The notes: generated by a model not told the origin, from the sequence alone. Numbered from the stretch's first letter, positions 41,397 through 51,492 are shown. The stretch is 64,000 nucleotides of DNA from an uncultured delta proteobacterium (GCA_963769935.1 CAVYNY010000016.1:96001-160000); one strand, 5' to 3'. Numbers and translations: made by a program.

Positions 41397-41499
41397 ATCG
41401 AAGTTTTTGAAGGACGAACTCAGTATCTTTAGTTTCATTTATTCTTAATTTGGTGCTTGTGATTTGAGATTTAGCCCGACCTCGGTTTTTCACAGACTA

Positions 41500-42870
41500 T
41501 TAATCCTGCAGATGTTCTTCCTCGCTCAACTTCGCCGCATCCCCCTGCGGCACTTCCTGCACCACGCGCAGCTTGCGTGCGATGACCCGGGTGCGAACTT
41601 CAGCTTTTCCGATGGTATTGCTGGCCTCCTGCAGTTTCTTTTTGGTCTGGGCCAGAACATCGCCGAATCTATGGAATTCGGCTTTTACCGCGCCCAACAA
41701 TTCCCAAACTTCGCTGGAGCGCTTTTCGACGGCCAGAGTTCGAAAACCCATCTGCAGGCTGTTGAGCAGAGCGGCCAAGGTCGTCGGCCCGGTCACCACG
41801 ATGCGGTGTTCGCGCTGCAGGGTGTCGCAAAGGCCCGGCTGCCGCAGGACTTCGGCATACAATCCCTCCACCGGTAAAAACATGATCGCAAAATCAGTGG
41901 TATGGGGCGGGTCGATATACTTGTCCTTGATGTTGCGGGCCTCCAGTTTGATGCGATTCTCCAAGCTCTTAACCGATTTATCCGCGAGCTCTTTGTCGGC
42001 CGCCTCCCGGGCATCCACCAGACGTTGATAATCTTCCTGCGGAAATTTGGCGTCAATCGGCAGCCAAACCACCTGATCCCTATCCGTGCCCGGACCCGGC
42101 AGCTTGACGGCAAACTCCACCCGGTCGTTGCCGTCCTTTTTGGTGGCAACATTCACTGCGTACTGGTCGGGTGTCAGAATTTGCTCCAGAATGTGGCCCA
42201 AACGAATTTCACCCCAGATTCCGCGGGTCTTGACATTGGTCAGCACTTTTTTCAGGTCCCCGACACCGGTCGCCAGGCTGCGCATTTCTCCCAGCCCTTT
42301 ATAGACCAGCTCCAGACGCTCGCTGACCTGCTTGAAAGACTCGCCCAGACGCTTTTCCAGCGTGGTCTGAAGTTTTTCATCCACCGTGGCCCGCATTTTT
42401 TCAAGCTGGCGGGTATTGTCTTCCTGCAAAGTGCGCAGTTGTATTTCCATGGTCCGGCGCATGGCCTCCAGTTTTTCTTCATTGAGCTTGGCCATCGCAA
42501 TCAGCTGCTTTGCAAAAGAATCAAGCTGGTCGCGTTGCATGTGAATGTTTTCGACCATCCGTTGCTGCAATGAATCGCTGGATGACCTCAGGGCTGCGCC
42601 CAGTTCCTCCCGGGCCTGCCGCGCGCTGTCGCGTGTTTCTTCACGGTTGCGTTTGATCTCATCTTTTACGGCATTCTCGATATGCCGGTGTTTATTCTCA
42701 AGCGCCAGAAAATCCTGCCGCAGTTCGGTGACAACGGCTTCGGGTTTTCGGCGCAGCAGGACAACCAGAAAAATGAGAATGGCAAGCAGCATAAGAACTG
42801 CATAGGCCACAGCCAGTCCAAGGGCATAATTCTCAATAAAAAACACGACCCGGTTCACAAGATCGGCCAT
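41500..42870 (-). CDS. rmuC: DNA recombination protein RmuC
   Basis: N-term TM helix, coiled coil, LTNVKTRG.WGE, PIDAKFP.EDY, TTDFAIMFLP.EGLYAE, GPTTL.ALLNSLQMGF. Confidence 0.93.
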   Translation of the reverse strand: MADLVNRVVFFIENYALGLAVAYAVLMLLAILIFLVVLLRRKPEAVVTELRQDFLALENKHRHIENAVKDEIKRNREETRDSARQAREELGAALRSSSDSLQQRMVENIHMQRDQLDSFAKQLIAMAKLNEEKLEAMRRTMEIQLRTLQEDNTRQLEKMRATVDEKLQTTLEKRLGESFKQVSERLELVYKGLGEMRSLATGVGDLKKVLTNVKTRGIWGEIRLGHILEQILTPDQYAVNVATKKDGNDRVEFAVKLPGPGTDRDQVVWLPIDAKFPQEDYQRLVDAREAADKELADKSVKSLENRIKLEARNIKDKYIDPPHTTDFAIMFLPVEGLYAEVLRQPGLCDTLQREHRIVVTGPTTLAALLNSLQMGFRTLAVEKRSSEVWELLGAVKAEFHRFGDVLAQTKKKLQEASNTIGKAEVRTRVIARKLRVVQEVPQGDAAKLSEEEHLQD

Positions 42871-42960
42871 AAAAGCGCATCCTTTCCTGAACTGATCGGT
42901 CCCATTTTAAGCGTAGAATCTTAAATATGACTTTTTTGCATTTCATGAAAAATTATTTTC

Positions 42961-43078
42961 ATCACGAAAACACGAAATCTTAAAAGTACGAAATTTATCT
43001 TCTCAATCTTTCGTGTTTTCGTTCTTTCGCGCTTTCGTGATTAATGTCTTTTTTTGGTTCCGGCTTGTCCGGGTTAAG
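42961..43078. repeat. CACGAAA/TTTCGTG octamer element (copy of 19588-19690, inverted)
   Basis: atcacgaaaacacgaaa...tttcgtgttttcgttctttcgcgctttcgtgattaatgtc...ggttccggcttgtccgggttaagg. Confidence 0.8.
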
Positions 43079-43360
43079 GGTTACAGTTTAGCCAGATAAC
43101 GATCATACCCATAACATATTAAAAACACAATTCTATTTAATTGCAATGGAACTATATCCCGCAAGAAGACAATCCATAACAGGAGTTTTCAATTTCAATT
43201 GATTTCAGAGAATTATTTTTAAATTAACGTTTTTTGATGACAGAAAGGGGCAGGACATGCTAGGGTGGCGTACCGCGGAAAGCTAAGAGTTGTCGGACGC
43301 CTTCATAGATCGGAACCCTGCAGCGCAAAAATCTAAATAATTCTTCTGGAGGGAAGGGTT

Positions 43361-45277
43361 ATGGACAAGCTTTTTACCCCTTTTGCAATTAAAAATATCC
43401 GGTTGAAAAATCGAATTGTGATGCCCGCTCTGGCATCATTTTTGATCCGGGACAACGGCGGGATATCAGATGCAGCGGTGGAGCATTACCGCCGGCGAGC
43501 CGGCGGCGGACCGGCCATGGTCATTATGGAGGCCTGCGCCGTCTCACCCGAAGGTGTGGTAGCCCCCCATCAGGCCGTCATTTATGATGACTGCTTTATT
43601 GACGGGCTGGCCAGGATCGCCCGCGCCATTAAAGAAGAAGGGGCCGTCCCCGCAGTTCAGATCCATCACGGCGGCCGTCAAACATCGGCCAAAGTCATCA
43701 ACCGCAAACCCCTGGCGCCGTCGCCCCTGCCCTGCCCCACAATCCGTGGCGAAGTGGAACCCTTGACGGTTGACGGCATTCAGCAGCTGGTGCAAAAATT
43801 CGGCGATGCCGCCGACAGAGCACATCAGGCAGGATTTGAACTGATTGAAATCCACGGTGCCCACGGCTATCTGGTGAATCAATTTCTGTCGCGGTTTTCC
43901 AACATTCGCGAAGATGAATATGGCAAAGATGTGGCCGGCCGAACCCGCTTTGCCAAAGAAATTGTGGCGGAAGTCCGGCAGCGCGTCGGCGAAGATTTTC
44001 CCATTTCCTTTAAAATCAGCGCTGAGGAATATGTCGAAAGCGGCCTGACGACAAAAGAGAGCATTGAAATCCTGAAAATCCTGGTGCCGGCCGGTGTCGA
44101 TGTTATCCAGGTTTCGGCCGGAAATGATGTGACGGCCGAATGGATCTGTCAGCCGATGTTCATGAAGCAAGCCTGCCTGGTTGAATCGGCCAGCCAGGTA
44201 AAAAAGGCCCTGGATGTTCCGGTGATGGCCGTCGGAAGAATCAACGAACCCCGGATCGCCGACGAGATCATCCGGCAGCGAAAAGCCGACTTGGTGTGCA
44301 TCGGCCGCGGGTTGCTGGCGGACCCGGAAATGCCCAGAAAAGCGCAGGAAGGCAGGCTGGATGAAATTCGCACCTGCATTGCCTGTAATACGTGCATGCA
44401 ATCGATTTTCAAAAGAGGCCGCATCGAGTGTCTGGTGAACCCCATGTTGGGCCGCGAAAAAGAAATGGCTTTCATACCGACCCAAAATCCGAAAAAGGTG
44501 ATGGTGGTCGGCGGGGGACCCGGAGGCTTGAATGTCGCCTGGGTGGCTGCCAAACGCGGGCATGACGTGCATGTTTATGAAAAGCGCCGTGAGCTCGGAG
44601 GACAGCTGGTTCCCGGCAGCACACCGGGCCACAAAGCCGAATTGCGCTCCTTAATTCGCTTCCAGGAAAAACAGGCCGAGCTGTTCGGAGTCAAATGCCA
44701 CCTGAATCACGAGGTGCAGGCCGAAGACATTGAGGCCTTCAAACCCGATGTCTTGATTCTGGCCACCGGCTCTCTGCCGGCTCTGCCACAGGTCGCAGGT
44801 ATTGATAAAAATATCGTACTCACCTACGAAGATGTACTGGACGGCGACCCGCCGCGTTATAAAACCGTCGTTATCATCGGCGGGGGAGCCACCGGTCTGG
44901 AGCTGGCGCTTCATCTGACCGAATACGGCTGTATACCGACGGTCATAGAAATGCTTCCTAAAATCGGCAGCGGGCTGGAGGCCATGACTAAAAAAATCAT
45001 ACTCCAACGGCTCAAGGAAAAAAATGTCCGTATTTTGACCAATACCAAATTGTCAAAAATCGAAGACACGGGCGTCGAGGTTGTCGCCAAAAACGACGGG
45101 AGGCATTTCATAGAAGCTGAAAAAGTGGTAATCGCTATCGGCACCCGTCCGGACACCAGACTCTATGACAGGATAAAATCCCTGGGTTATGATATCCATC
45201 AGGTTGGTGACTGCCTGGAACCCCGCAATGCCAAGGAAGCCATTTATGAAAGTGCCGTGCTGGGGAGAAAAATATAA
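43361..45277 (+). CDS. NADH:flavin oxidoreductase (OYE barrel + 4Fe-4S + FAD domains; 2,4-dienoyl-CoA/enoate reductase family)
   Basis: KNRIVM, QIHHGGR, EIHGAHGYL..QFLS...N.R.D.YG, CIACN.C...C.VNP, GGGPGG, GGG.TG.E. Confidence 0.92.
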   Translation: MDKLFTPFAIKNIRLKNRIVMPALASFLIRDNGGISDAAVEHYRRRAGGGPAMVIMEACAVSPEGVVAPHQAVIYDDCFIDGLARIARAIKEEGAVPAVQIHHGGRQTSAKVINRKPLAPSPLPCPTIRGEVEPLTVDGIQQLVQKFGDAADRAHQAGFELIEIHGAHGYLVNQFLSRFSNIREDEYGKDVAGRTRFAKEIVAEVRQRVGEDFPISFKISAEEYVESGLTTKESIEILKILVPAGVDVIQVSAGNDVTAEWICQPMFMKQACLVESASQVKKALDVPVMAVGRINEPRIADEIIRQRKADLVCIGRGLLADPEMPRKAQEGRLDEIRTCIACNTCMQSIFKRGRIECLVNPMLGREKEMAFIPTQNPKKVMVVGGGPGGLNVAWVAAKRGHDVHVYEKRRELGGQLVPGSTPGHKAELRSLIRFQEKQAELFGVKCHLNHEVQAEDIEAFKPDVLILATGSLPALPQVAGIDKNIVLTYEDVLDGDPPRYKTVVIIGGGATGLELALHLTEYGCIPTVIEMLPKIGSGLEAMTKKIILQRLKEKNVRILTNTKLSKIEDTGVEVVAKNDGRHFIEAEKVVIAIGTRPDTRLYDRIKSLGYDIHQVGDCLEPRNAKEAIYESAVLGRKI

Positions 45278-45346
45278 ATGAATATTGAAGATTGTCGATT
45301 GAATATTTAAGGTATTCCGTCGATTTTATTTTCGGCTTTTACTAAA

Positions 45347-45730
45347 ATGGCGACTGTTATCCTCATACTCCTCCTTCTGATCGGTTGGGATTTCGGGTGG
45401 TATCTGGCCGGGGTTAGGCCTCTGTTTCCCTGGCAGTTGAAGAAACTTTTGAAAGGCAAAAGGGATCCGATCAGTCTCATCGATGTCCGCACTTCCTGGG
45501 AATATAACTGGTTTCATATCAAGGGCGCCGCAAATAAACCCGAACTGCTTTATGACGTTACAGCCTTGCCTGCCAAAAGCAAAGAAGAGCCGGTCATTGT
45601 AATCTGCATGACCGGCCATCGTTCGCCGCTGGTGGCTTACCGACTGAAAAAACGCGGATTCAACAGGGTGTATAATCTAACCTGGGGAATGCTGGCCTGG
45701 AAACTGTTTGGAATGTCGAATGACGAATGA
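45347..45730 (+). CDS. Membrane-anchored rhodanese-like protein
   Basis: N-term hydrophobic helix, LIDVR...EY...HIKGA, IC.TG.RS, VYNL..G..AW. Confidence 0.8.
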   Translation: MATVILILLLLIGWDFGWYLAGVRPLFPWQLKKLLKGKRDPISLIDVRTSWEYNWFHIKGAANKPELLYDVTALPAKSKEEPVIVICMTGHRSPLVAYRLKKRGFNRVYNLTWGMLAWKLFGMSNDE

Positions 45731-45876
45731 AGAATGTCGAACGTTTGAATTGTCCATTGAATATTGAAAATTGAATATTGGTGGAATCCTATCTATTTTA
45801 AGCGCATAGCAGCACACATATAGATTAAAAGACAGGATACCTTAAATTTTCAATCGGCAATCTTCAATATTCAATT
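45712..45876. repeat. Heptamer repeat element between convergent rhodanese and pspF genes
   Basis: gaatgtcgaatgacgaatgaagaatgtcgaa; attgaatattgaaaattgaatatt ... ttcaatcggcaatcttcaatattcaat. Confidence 0.8.
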
Positions 45877-46929
45877 TTAAGGTTCGTCATTCTTCCGGTA
45901 TTGCCGGTACAGGCCCCTGAATTGATGGTACGTCAGACCCAGCAGCTGCGCCGCTTTTTTCTGGTTAAATTTTGCCTTTGCCAGGGCCTGCTCAAGCAGC
46001 CGGACCTTCAGCTCCCCCAACGCCTCTTTCATGGGCTTGGCCATCAAGTCCTCGAAACCGGGTGATGTTTTCCCCGCGCCGGCATCGGCTGCCCGTTTTT
46101 GCAATTCTGGCGGTTTTGGTGGAAAAGGTGAAGAAAACGGATCGAATACAATTTCGGCAATCAGGGTTGAATCCGATCGATATACCGCCCGCTCCACCAC
46201 ATTTTTTAACTCCCGCACATTGCCGGGCCAGTGATGATTTTCCAGGGACCTTACGGCTTCGGGGCTGAATTGCGGGATTTCCTGCCTCCCAAGTTCGACC
46301 GCCATGCGTCCGGCAAAATAGTTGGCCAGCAGCAGAATATCCTCGCCCCGCTCCCGTAACGGCGGCACGATTAAGACCTCAAATGAAAGCCGGTCCAGTA
46401 AATCCAGTTTAAACCTTTTTTTAAGGGCCAGCGCCTTCACGTCTGCATTGGTGGCCGCAATAATCCGCACATCAACCTCGATACTCTCGGAACTGCCGAC
46501 GCGCTCAAATGTATTGTATTCCACGACACGCAAAATCTTTTCCTGGACTCCCATGGGGATATTGCCGATTTCATCCAGAAAAAGGGTTCCGCTGTCGGCC
46601 GCTTCAAAGCGCCCTTTACGCTGGACAGTGGCTCCGGTAAAGGCACCCTTTTCAAAACCGAATAATTCCGACTCGATCAGCGAACGCGAAAGCGCCGAAC
46701 AGTTAAGGGTCAGGAAAGGTCCCTGCCACCTGTGCGACAAATAATGCAGGCGGTTGGCAGCCAATTCTTTGCCTGTACCCCGTTCTCCCAACAGAAGCAC
46801 CGGTCGGTTGACAGGTGCCACCTTGGACAATCGCTCCTGAAACTCCAAAAAAATTTCGGATTGGCCCAGCGCCTCGACGTCGCCGGTGGGAGATCCCCCG
46901 CTGTAATGTCTTTTTGAATGAGCATTCAT
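45877..46929 (-). CDS. pspF: Sigma54 enhancer-binding activator of the phage shock operon
   Basis: GERGTGKEL, ESELFG.E.GAFTGA, LFLDE, DLLDRLSFEV, WPGNVREL, LGLTYHQFR; no receiver domain; divergent from pspA. Confidence 0.93.
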   Translation of the reverse strand: MNAHSKRHYSGGSPTGDVEALGQSEIFLEFQERLSKVAPVNRPVLLLGERGTGKELAANRLHYLSHRWQGPFLTLNCSALSRSLIESELFGFEKGAFTGATVQRKGRFEAADSGTLFLDEIGNIPMGVQEKILRVVEYNTFERVGSSESIEVDVRIIAATNADVKALALKKRFKLDLLDRLSFEVLIVPPLRERGEDILLLANYFAGRMAVELGRQEIPQFSPEAVRSLENHHWPGNVRELKNVVERAVYRSDSTLIAEIVFDPFSSPFPPKPPELQKRAADAGAGKTSPGFEDLMAKPMKEALGELKVRLLEQALAKAKFNQKKAAQLLGLTYHQFRGLYRQYRKNDEP

Positions 46930-46993
46930 AGGTTCAAGGTACTGGGTTATATCAAGTAAAGGTATTATAGCAAAGGCCAACATGTGGTTATAT

Positions 46994-47101
46994 ATGCTAT
47001 TGAATAGCATTTTTTACCATAAGCCCGGCGACCTTGTCAACTCAAAAATCTATTAGTTTCAAGTGGTTATTCGGATAAAACATTTTGGCATAGATCATGC
47101 T
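46994..47101 (+). promoter_or_regulatory. Sigma54 promoter of pspA with candidate activator palindrome and IHF-like site
   Basis: TGGCAT-AGATC-ATGCT at 47086-47101 (GG-N10-GC); ATGCTATT-G-AATAGCAT at 46994-47010; TTTCAAgtggTTA at 47057-47069. Confidence 0.7.
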
Positions 47102-47141
47102 CCTGCATAGGTCATAACTTCAACATCAATTTTGGAGGTAC

Positions 47142-47804
47142 ATGATGGGTATTTTCACACGATTCCGCGATATCATCAGTTCCAATATCAATGCGATGCT
47201 CGACAAAGCCGAGGATCCCGAGAAGCTGATCAGGCTCATGATCAGGGAAATAGAAGACACATTGGTCGAAATTAAAACTGCATGTGCCGGGGTAATGGCC
47301 GGGAGCAAAAAAATTCAGCGTCAGCTGGAAGGCCTGCGGGACAGAGTCGGCTACTGGGAAGAAAAAGCCGAATTGGCTGTCAACAAAGGCAGGGACGATC
47401 TGGCCCGGGAAGCACTGGTCGAAAAGCGAAAATTCACCCGCCAAACTGAATCCCTTGAAAACGAACTGGCCGAACACGACGATCTTATTCACCAGTACCA
47501 GGGTGATATTCGACAGCTTGAAGAAAAATTAAAATCGGCCCGCGACAAGCAGCGTATGCTCGTCCAACGCCACATCCATGCCCAGAGCAAAATCCGAGCG
47601 CAAAAAGAAATCCAGCGTATCGACAGCAGTGAGACTGTTATAAAATTCGGTGAGCTGGAAAACCGCATCGAACGCATGGAGGCCGAAGCTGCTCTAGTCA
47701 ATTACGGCAGTAAAACCACCTTGGAAGAAGAACTGGAAAGGCTCTCGGTTGATGAAGAAATTGAGAATGAACTGCAGGCGCTGAAAACACCGAAAGGCGA
47801 ATGA
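47142..47804 (+). CDS. pspA: Phage shock protein A
   Basis: MGIFTRFRDIISSNINAMLDKAEDPEKLIRLMI.E, LAR.AL, coiled coil; RBS ggagg. Confidence 0.95.
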   Translation: MMGIFTRFRDIISSNINAMLDKAEDPEKLIRLMIREIEDTLVEIKTACAGVMAGSKKIQRQLEGLRDRVGYWEEKAELAVNKGRDDLAREALVEKRKFTRQTESLENELAEHDDLIHQYQGDIRQLEEKLKSARDKQRMLVQRHIHAQSKIRAQKEIQRIDSSETVIKFGELENRIERMEAEAALVNYGSKTTLEEELERLSVDEEIENELQALKTPKGE

Positions 47805-47885
47805 ATATTGAAGATTGAAGATTTATGGTATAGAGTCTTTTAATATTCGATATTCAATCACTTTTTCTCCGGGGTAGATTCCGTT

Positions 47886-48137
47886 ATGAAAGAAGCTCTG
47901 ATTGTTGCCATCATTTTTGGAAGCCTCGTACTGATACCGGCGGTCGTCGGAGGAACGATCATCATGTCCATCAGACTTTTAAAAGGTGGCGCTTCCCGCA
48001 AAGATCAGGCGGAAGATTCCAAAATTATCCAGGAAATATACCAAGGTCTTTCGCGCATGGAGGCAAGAGTGGAAGCGTTGGAAACCATTCTGCTGGATCG
48101 TGAAAAAGGGGATCGTAATTATGAGGAGAAACTATAG
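47886..48137 (+). CDS. pspB: Phage shock protein B-like membrane protein
   Basis: N-term TM segment, RME.RVEALETILLD; position between pspA and pspC. Confidence 0.8.
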   Translation: MKEALIVAIIFGSLVLIPAVVGGTIIMSIRLLKGGASRKDQAEDSKIIQEIYQGLSRMEARVEALETILLDREKGDRNYEEKL

Positions 48138-48513
48138 CCAATCTTCCCGTGATGGACTATACCGCTCCCGCAATGGAGTTATTTTCGGGGTATGCCGGGG
48201 ACTGGCCGAGCATTTTGACTTTTCTGTTTTCTGGGCTCGAGCGATCGCCGTCGTTTTTCTTTTGGTTTCGGGTTTCTGGCCGGCAATCGGATTGTATTTG
48301 ATCGCCGCCCTGCTGATGAAGCCTGCCCCGGTTGTGGCAATCGAAAATGAAGCCGAACAGGAATTTTACAACAGCTATGCGAATTCCAGACATCTGGCAG
48401 CCCGGAGGCTGAAAAGAAGATTTGAAAACCTGGAACGTCGCATCCGGCGCATGGAACATATGGTGACCACCCGGGAGTTTGAGTGGGAGGAAAAACTGGA
48501 TAGTAGAGAATGA
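48121..48513 (+). CDS. pspC: Phage shock protein C
   Basis: LYRSR.G.IFGVC.GLAE.F, TM helix, R.RRME..VT...F. Confidence 0.9.
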   Translation: MRRNYSQSSRDGLYRSRNGVIFGVCRGLAEHFDFSVFWARAIAVVFLLVSGFWPAIGLYLIAALLMKPAPVVAIENEAEQEFYNSYANSRHLAARRLKRRFENLERRIRRMEHMVTTREFEWEEKLDSRE

Positions 48514-48655
48514 AGAATGACGATTGTCGAACTTCTGGAATGACAATTGACGAGTGACGAATGTCGAATGAAGGTATTCTATCTATTTTTTTATTATTAA
48601 ATAGATGGAGCGCAGCGACCCCGCAATTCGTCATTCGTCAATCGTCATTATTCAT
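48507..48655. repeat. Heptamer inverted repeat element (GAATGAC/GTCATTC) joining the convergent pspC and isochorismatase 3' ends
   Basis: gaatgaagaatgacgattgtcgaa...ggagcgcagcgac...attcgtcattcgtcaatcgtcatt; both stop codons lie in the arms. Confidence 0.8.
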
Positions 48656-49234
48656 TCCTAGCAGTTCCTTTTCAAGCTCCAGCGAAGTAGCGACTCTCAA
48701 CAAGGGGTACAGCGGGTTGCGCCGGTAACAATTCAGCGTCTGCTCGTGAACTTCTCGGGAATAGGCCGCCGAGCAGTCCTCGAGCAGCACCGCCTTGAAA
48801 TCATGGCAGACGGCATCCATAACGGTAGTCAGGACACAAAAATGAGTGGAAATTCCACCAACTGCACAAAGCGTAACCCCCCTTTCACGCAGCCATATTT
48901 TTAAATCGGTTTGGAAAAAAGCTGAAAATCGGGGTTTTGGCAGCCAAAGATCATCATCGTTTCTATCAAGTTCGTCGATCACCTCAGCGCCCCGTGTGCC
49001 GGCAAGGGAATGGGGATGCATGCGGCCTTTAAAAATAAAATCCTCACGGTGGAAGGCATCCGTTGAAAACACAACCGGCCAGCACTGCTTCCGAAACAGG
49101 CCGCTTAATTTATTCAGCGGGGCAATGGTCTCCCGCGCCAACGGTGTGATAGGCAGTTTCCGGGTATCGTCGAAATTGTCCCGGACCATATCAATGACTA
49201 TCAGGGCGGGCGTTTCGCTTGCTGTTGCCGACAT
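48638..49234 (-). CDS. Isochorismatase-family cysteine hydrolase
   Basis: ALIVIDM, K.RFSAF..T.L, G..T..CV..T..DA. Confidence 0.88.
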   Translation of the reverse strand: MSATASETPALIVIDMVRDNFDDTRKLPITPLARETIAPLNKLSGLFRKQCWPVVFSTDAFHREDFIFKGRMHPHSLAGTRGAEVIDELDRNDDDLWLPKPRFSAFFQTDLKIWLRERGVTLCAVGGISTHFCVLTTVMDAVCHDFKAVLLEDCSAAYSREVHEQTLNCYRRNPLYPLLRVATSLELEKELLGMNNDD

Positions 49235-49260
49235 GATTAAATCCGGTATCGTCCGGCTGG

Positions 49261-49488
49261 TTAGATTTGCTCCAGGATTTCGGCTGGAACGTCATAAGCT
49301 TCGGCCGGCGAAAAATTCGATTCACTCGGTATTGAATCAGCCAGAATTGTCTGGATTTTATCTAATATTTCGCATCCCTGAATGCAAGTGGGCAGATCAT
49401 CCCGGTTGAGGCAGTCGCGGCAGGGACTTTTTACCAGATAACCGATGTCAAAATCGAAATTATGGTTTTCACTCAGTCTTTGTTGCAT
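49261..49488 (-). CDS. Small protein with a CxxC-x8-CxxxC motif
   Basis: RBS gaggtg; KSPCRDC...PTCIQGC. Confidence 0.6.
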   Translation of the reverse strand: MQQRLSENHNFDFDIGYLVKSPCRDCLNRDDLPTCIQGCEILDKIQTILADSIPSESNFSPAEAYDVPAEILEQI

Positions 49489-49600
49489 TTAAGCACCTCG
49501 TATTTTCTGGTTTCGATGGCATGATTGCGATGGATATTGCCAGGCCTGAAATAGTTGATTTAATCAGCGACAATGTGTCAACAAGTTTGCTATATACCTA

Positions 49601-49616
49601 TACAACTATCATGCCA
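49601..49616 (-). promoter_or_regulatory. Candidate sigma54 promoter for the small Cys protein/isochorismatase pair
   Basis: Minus strand TGGCAT-GATAG-TTGTA (-12 element GT instead of GC). Confidence 0.4.
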
Positions 49617-49974
49617 ACATTGTGAATATTTATATATTTTAATATATTTCAGATACTTACCCATAAGACTCACAAAGAGCCTAAAAGGTTTGTGACAAAA
49701 ACAGTCAGGCCTGGCGTCAAAATATTGTCATCCGAATCGGCTGCAAGTGTCAGAAAAAATTAAAAATGCAGGCTATGCTGCTATTCTTGCAGCCCAAAAA
49801 ACCGACAAAAAATGCAACCTAAAAAGATACTTGATAATAAAAAGCGAACCAAATTTTTTCTTCCATTAGATGTATCGGTTGCGATTCTGGTTGAGTTTAG
49901 CTTTTTTTTGAACTACTTAAATTCTATTGTCGATACGGCGCTATTAATCGCCTATCCTATCAGGGGAGGTAACG

Positions 49975-50712
49975 ATGAATGACTTGGGCCTGAATCCCGA
50001 TATTTCAGATCGGTATAAACTGTTTCTCAATGATGTCATGGAGGATCATCAGGACAAAATACATTCTGTTTACATCATCGGCAGCGCATTAACCCAGGAT
50101 TATGATCCGAAAATCTCGGACATAAATTCGGTATTTGTTCTGCATGAAATGGATCTCGATTTTCTTGACCTGCTGGCTCCCCTGGGTAAAAAATTCGGTA
50201 AAAAGCGAATAGCGGCGCCGTTGATCATGACCCCCCGATATATTGACGAATCTGTCGATGTCTTTCCGATAGAATTTTTAAATATTAAATTGCTGCATTA
50301 CACGGTATACGGCAAAGATGTTTTTAAGGATTTGGATATACCAAAATCATATCTGCGGCGTCAGTGTGAAAGGGAGCTGAAGGCTAAGCTCATCGGTCTC
50401 AGACAGGGCTATATTTCTGCTGCCGGTGAGCAAAGGCTCCTTACTCAGGGGTTGGTAGAATCCTTTGCCGGCTACATGCCGCTTTTTAAGGCCGTCATCG
50501 TATTGCTTGGCAGAGAGGCCCCCCAAATTAACAGGAAAATATTATCTTTGCTGGAGGAAGTGTCCGAAATCAAAACAGCCGCATTCATGGAGGTTTTGAT
50601 GTATAAACGCCGGAAAACAAAACCGACTTTCGACAAACTCAATCTGGTTTTTAAAGACTATTATCGGATCATTGAACAACTGGGAGATGTGGTCAATGCC
50701 CTTGAAGATTAA
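49975..50712 (+). CDS. Nucleotidyltransferase-fold protein associated with TPM/LemA
   Basis: VYIIGSA...DY.P..SDIN, DVFPIEF, LR.QCERELK; RBS ggagg. Confidence 0.65.
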   Translation: MNDLGLNPDISDRYKLFLNDVMEDHQDKIHSVYIIGSALTQDYDPKISDINSVFVLHEMDLDFLDLLAPLGKKFGKKRIAAPLIMTPRYIDESVDVFPIEFLNIKLLHYTVYGKDVFKDLDIPKSYLRRQCERELKAKLIGLRQGYISAAGEQRLLTQGLVESFAGYMPLFKAVIVLLGREAPQINRKILSLLEEVSEIKTAAFMEVLMYKRRKTKPTFDKLNLVFKDYYRIIEQLGDVVNALED

Positions 50713-51487
50713 GCCGGCAATCTTTTTTACACTGCTGATATTGATAATCAACACCGCATCGGCTGGCCACGCCGTTGAAATTCCGCCTCTGCCTCCTGAC
50801 CCCGTCGTCGACCTCGCCGGTATCATCGACGATTCCGTTCAGACCAAACTTAATCGGTATTTGAGGGAGCTCGAACAGAAAACCACCGCTCAAATGGCGA
50901 TTCTGACGGTTAAAAGTTTACAGGGTCAATCTCTGGAAGAATTTTCGATCACCATCGCCCATGATAAATGGAAACTAGGTCAAAAAGGCAAAGACAACGG
51001 TATTCTACTGGTGATCGCCTTAGACGAGAGAAAATATAGATTCGAAGTCGGTTACGGACTGGAAGGGATCTTGCCGGACAGTCTGGTGGGCAGTATTGGC
51101 CGTCAATACCTGGTGCCTTATTTCAGAAAAGGCGATTATTCCGACGGAATTTATGCGGCGACACTGGCCATCGCCAACGAAATCGCCAAGGACGCCGGTG
51201 TACAAATTACCGAAATGCCGGCCGCCGGAATAGTCTCCCCGGTCAAAGTCCGCCAAAAATCTACCGGATTTTTGGGCAAAATAATCTCTCTGCTGTTTTT
51301 TCTTGTCATATTGATCATATTCATCAAAAATCCCAGATCTTTTCTGCTCTTTATGTTGCTTTCATCCATGGGCGGCAGAAGAGGTCCGTGGGGGGGGTCG
51401 GGAGGTGGTTTCGGCGGCGGCGGTTTCGGCGGCTTCGGCGGCGGGGGCGGCGGATTCGGCGGCGGCGGTGCGTCGGGAAGCTGGTAG
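50696..51487 (+). CDS. TPM-domain (YgcG-like) membrane protein with Gly-rich tail
   Basis: VVDLAGII, W.LG.K.KDNG.L, EVGYGLEG.LPD, TM helix, GGGG.FGGGGASGSW. Confidence 0.9.
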   Translation: MPLKIKPAIFFTLLILIINTASAGHAVEIPPLPPDPVVDLAGIIDDSVQTKLNRYLRELEQKTTAQMAILTVKSLQGQSLEEFSITIAHDKWKLGQKGKDNGILLVIALDERKYRFEVGYGLEGILPDSLVGSIGRQYLVPYFRKGDYSDGIYAATLAIANEIAKDAGVQITEMPAAGIVSPVKVRQKSTGFLGKIISLLFFLVILIIFIKNPRSFLLFMLLSSMGGRRGPWGGSGGGFGGGGFGGFGGGGGGFGGGGASGSW

Positions 51488-51492
51488 GCAGA

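Noticed and set aside
41234..41415. Possible 6S RNA-like rod structure
   Set aside because: Pairing is loose, I saw no 6S-like motifs, and the core translates cleanly as a USP C-terminus
43262..43325. Riboswitch upstream of the OYE-type gene
   Set aside because: A short stem only; no FMN, SAM or c-di-GMP consensus
43544..44632. Long antisense ORFs (also 11662-12474, 32076-32921, 34271-35152, 35239-35949)
   Set aside because: Shadows of well-supported genes on the other strand, with no motifs or RBS
51380..51487. GGC-rich low-complexity repeat
   Set aside because: Encodes the normal Gly-rich tail of TPM-domain proteins
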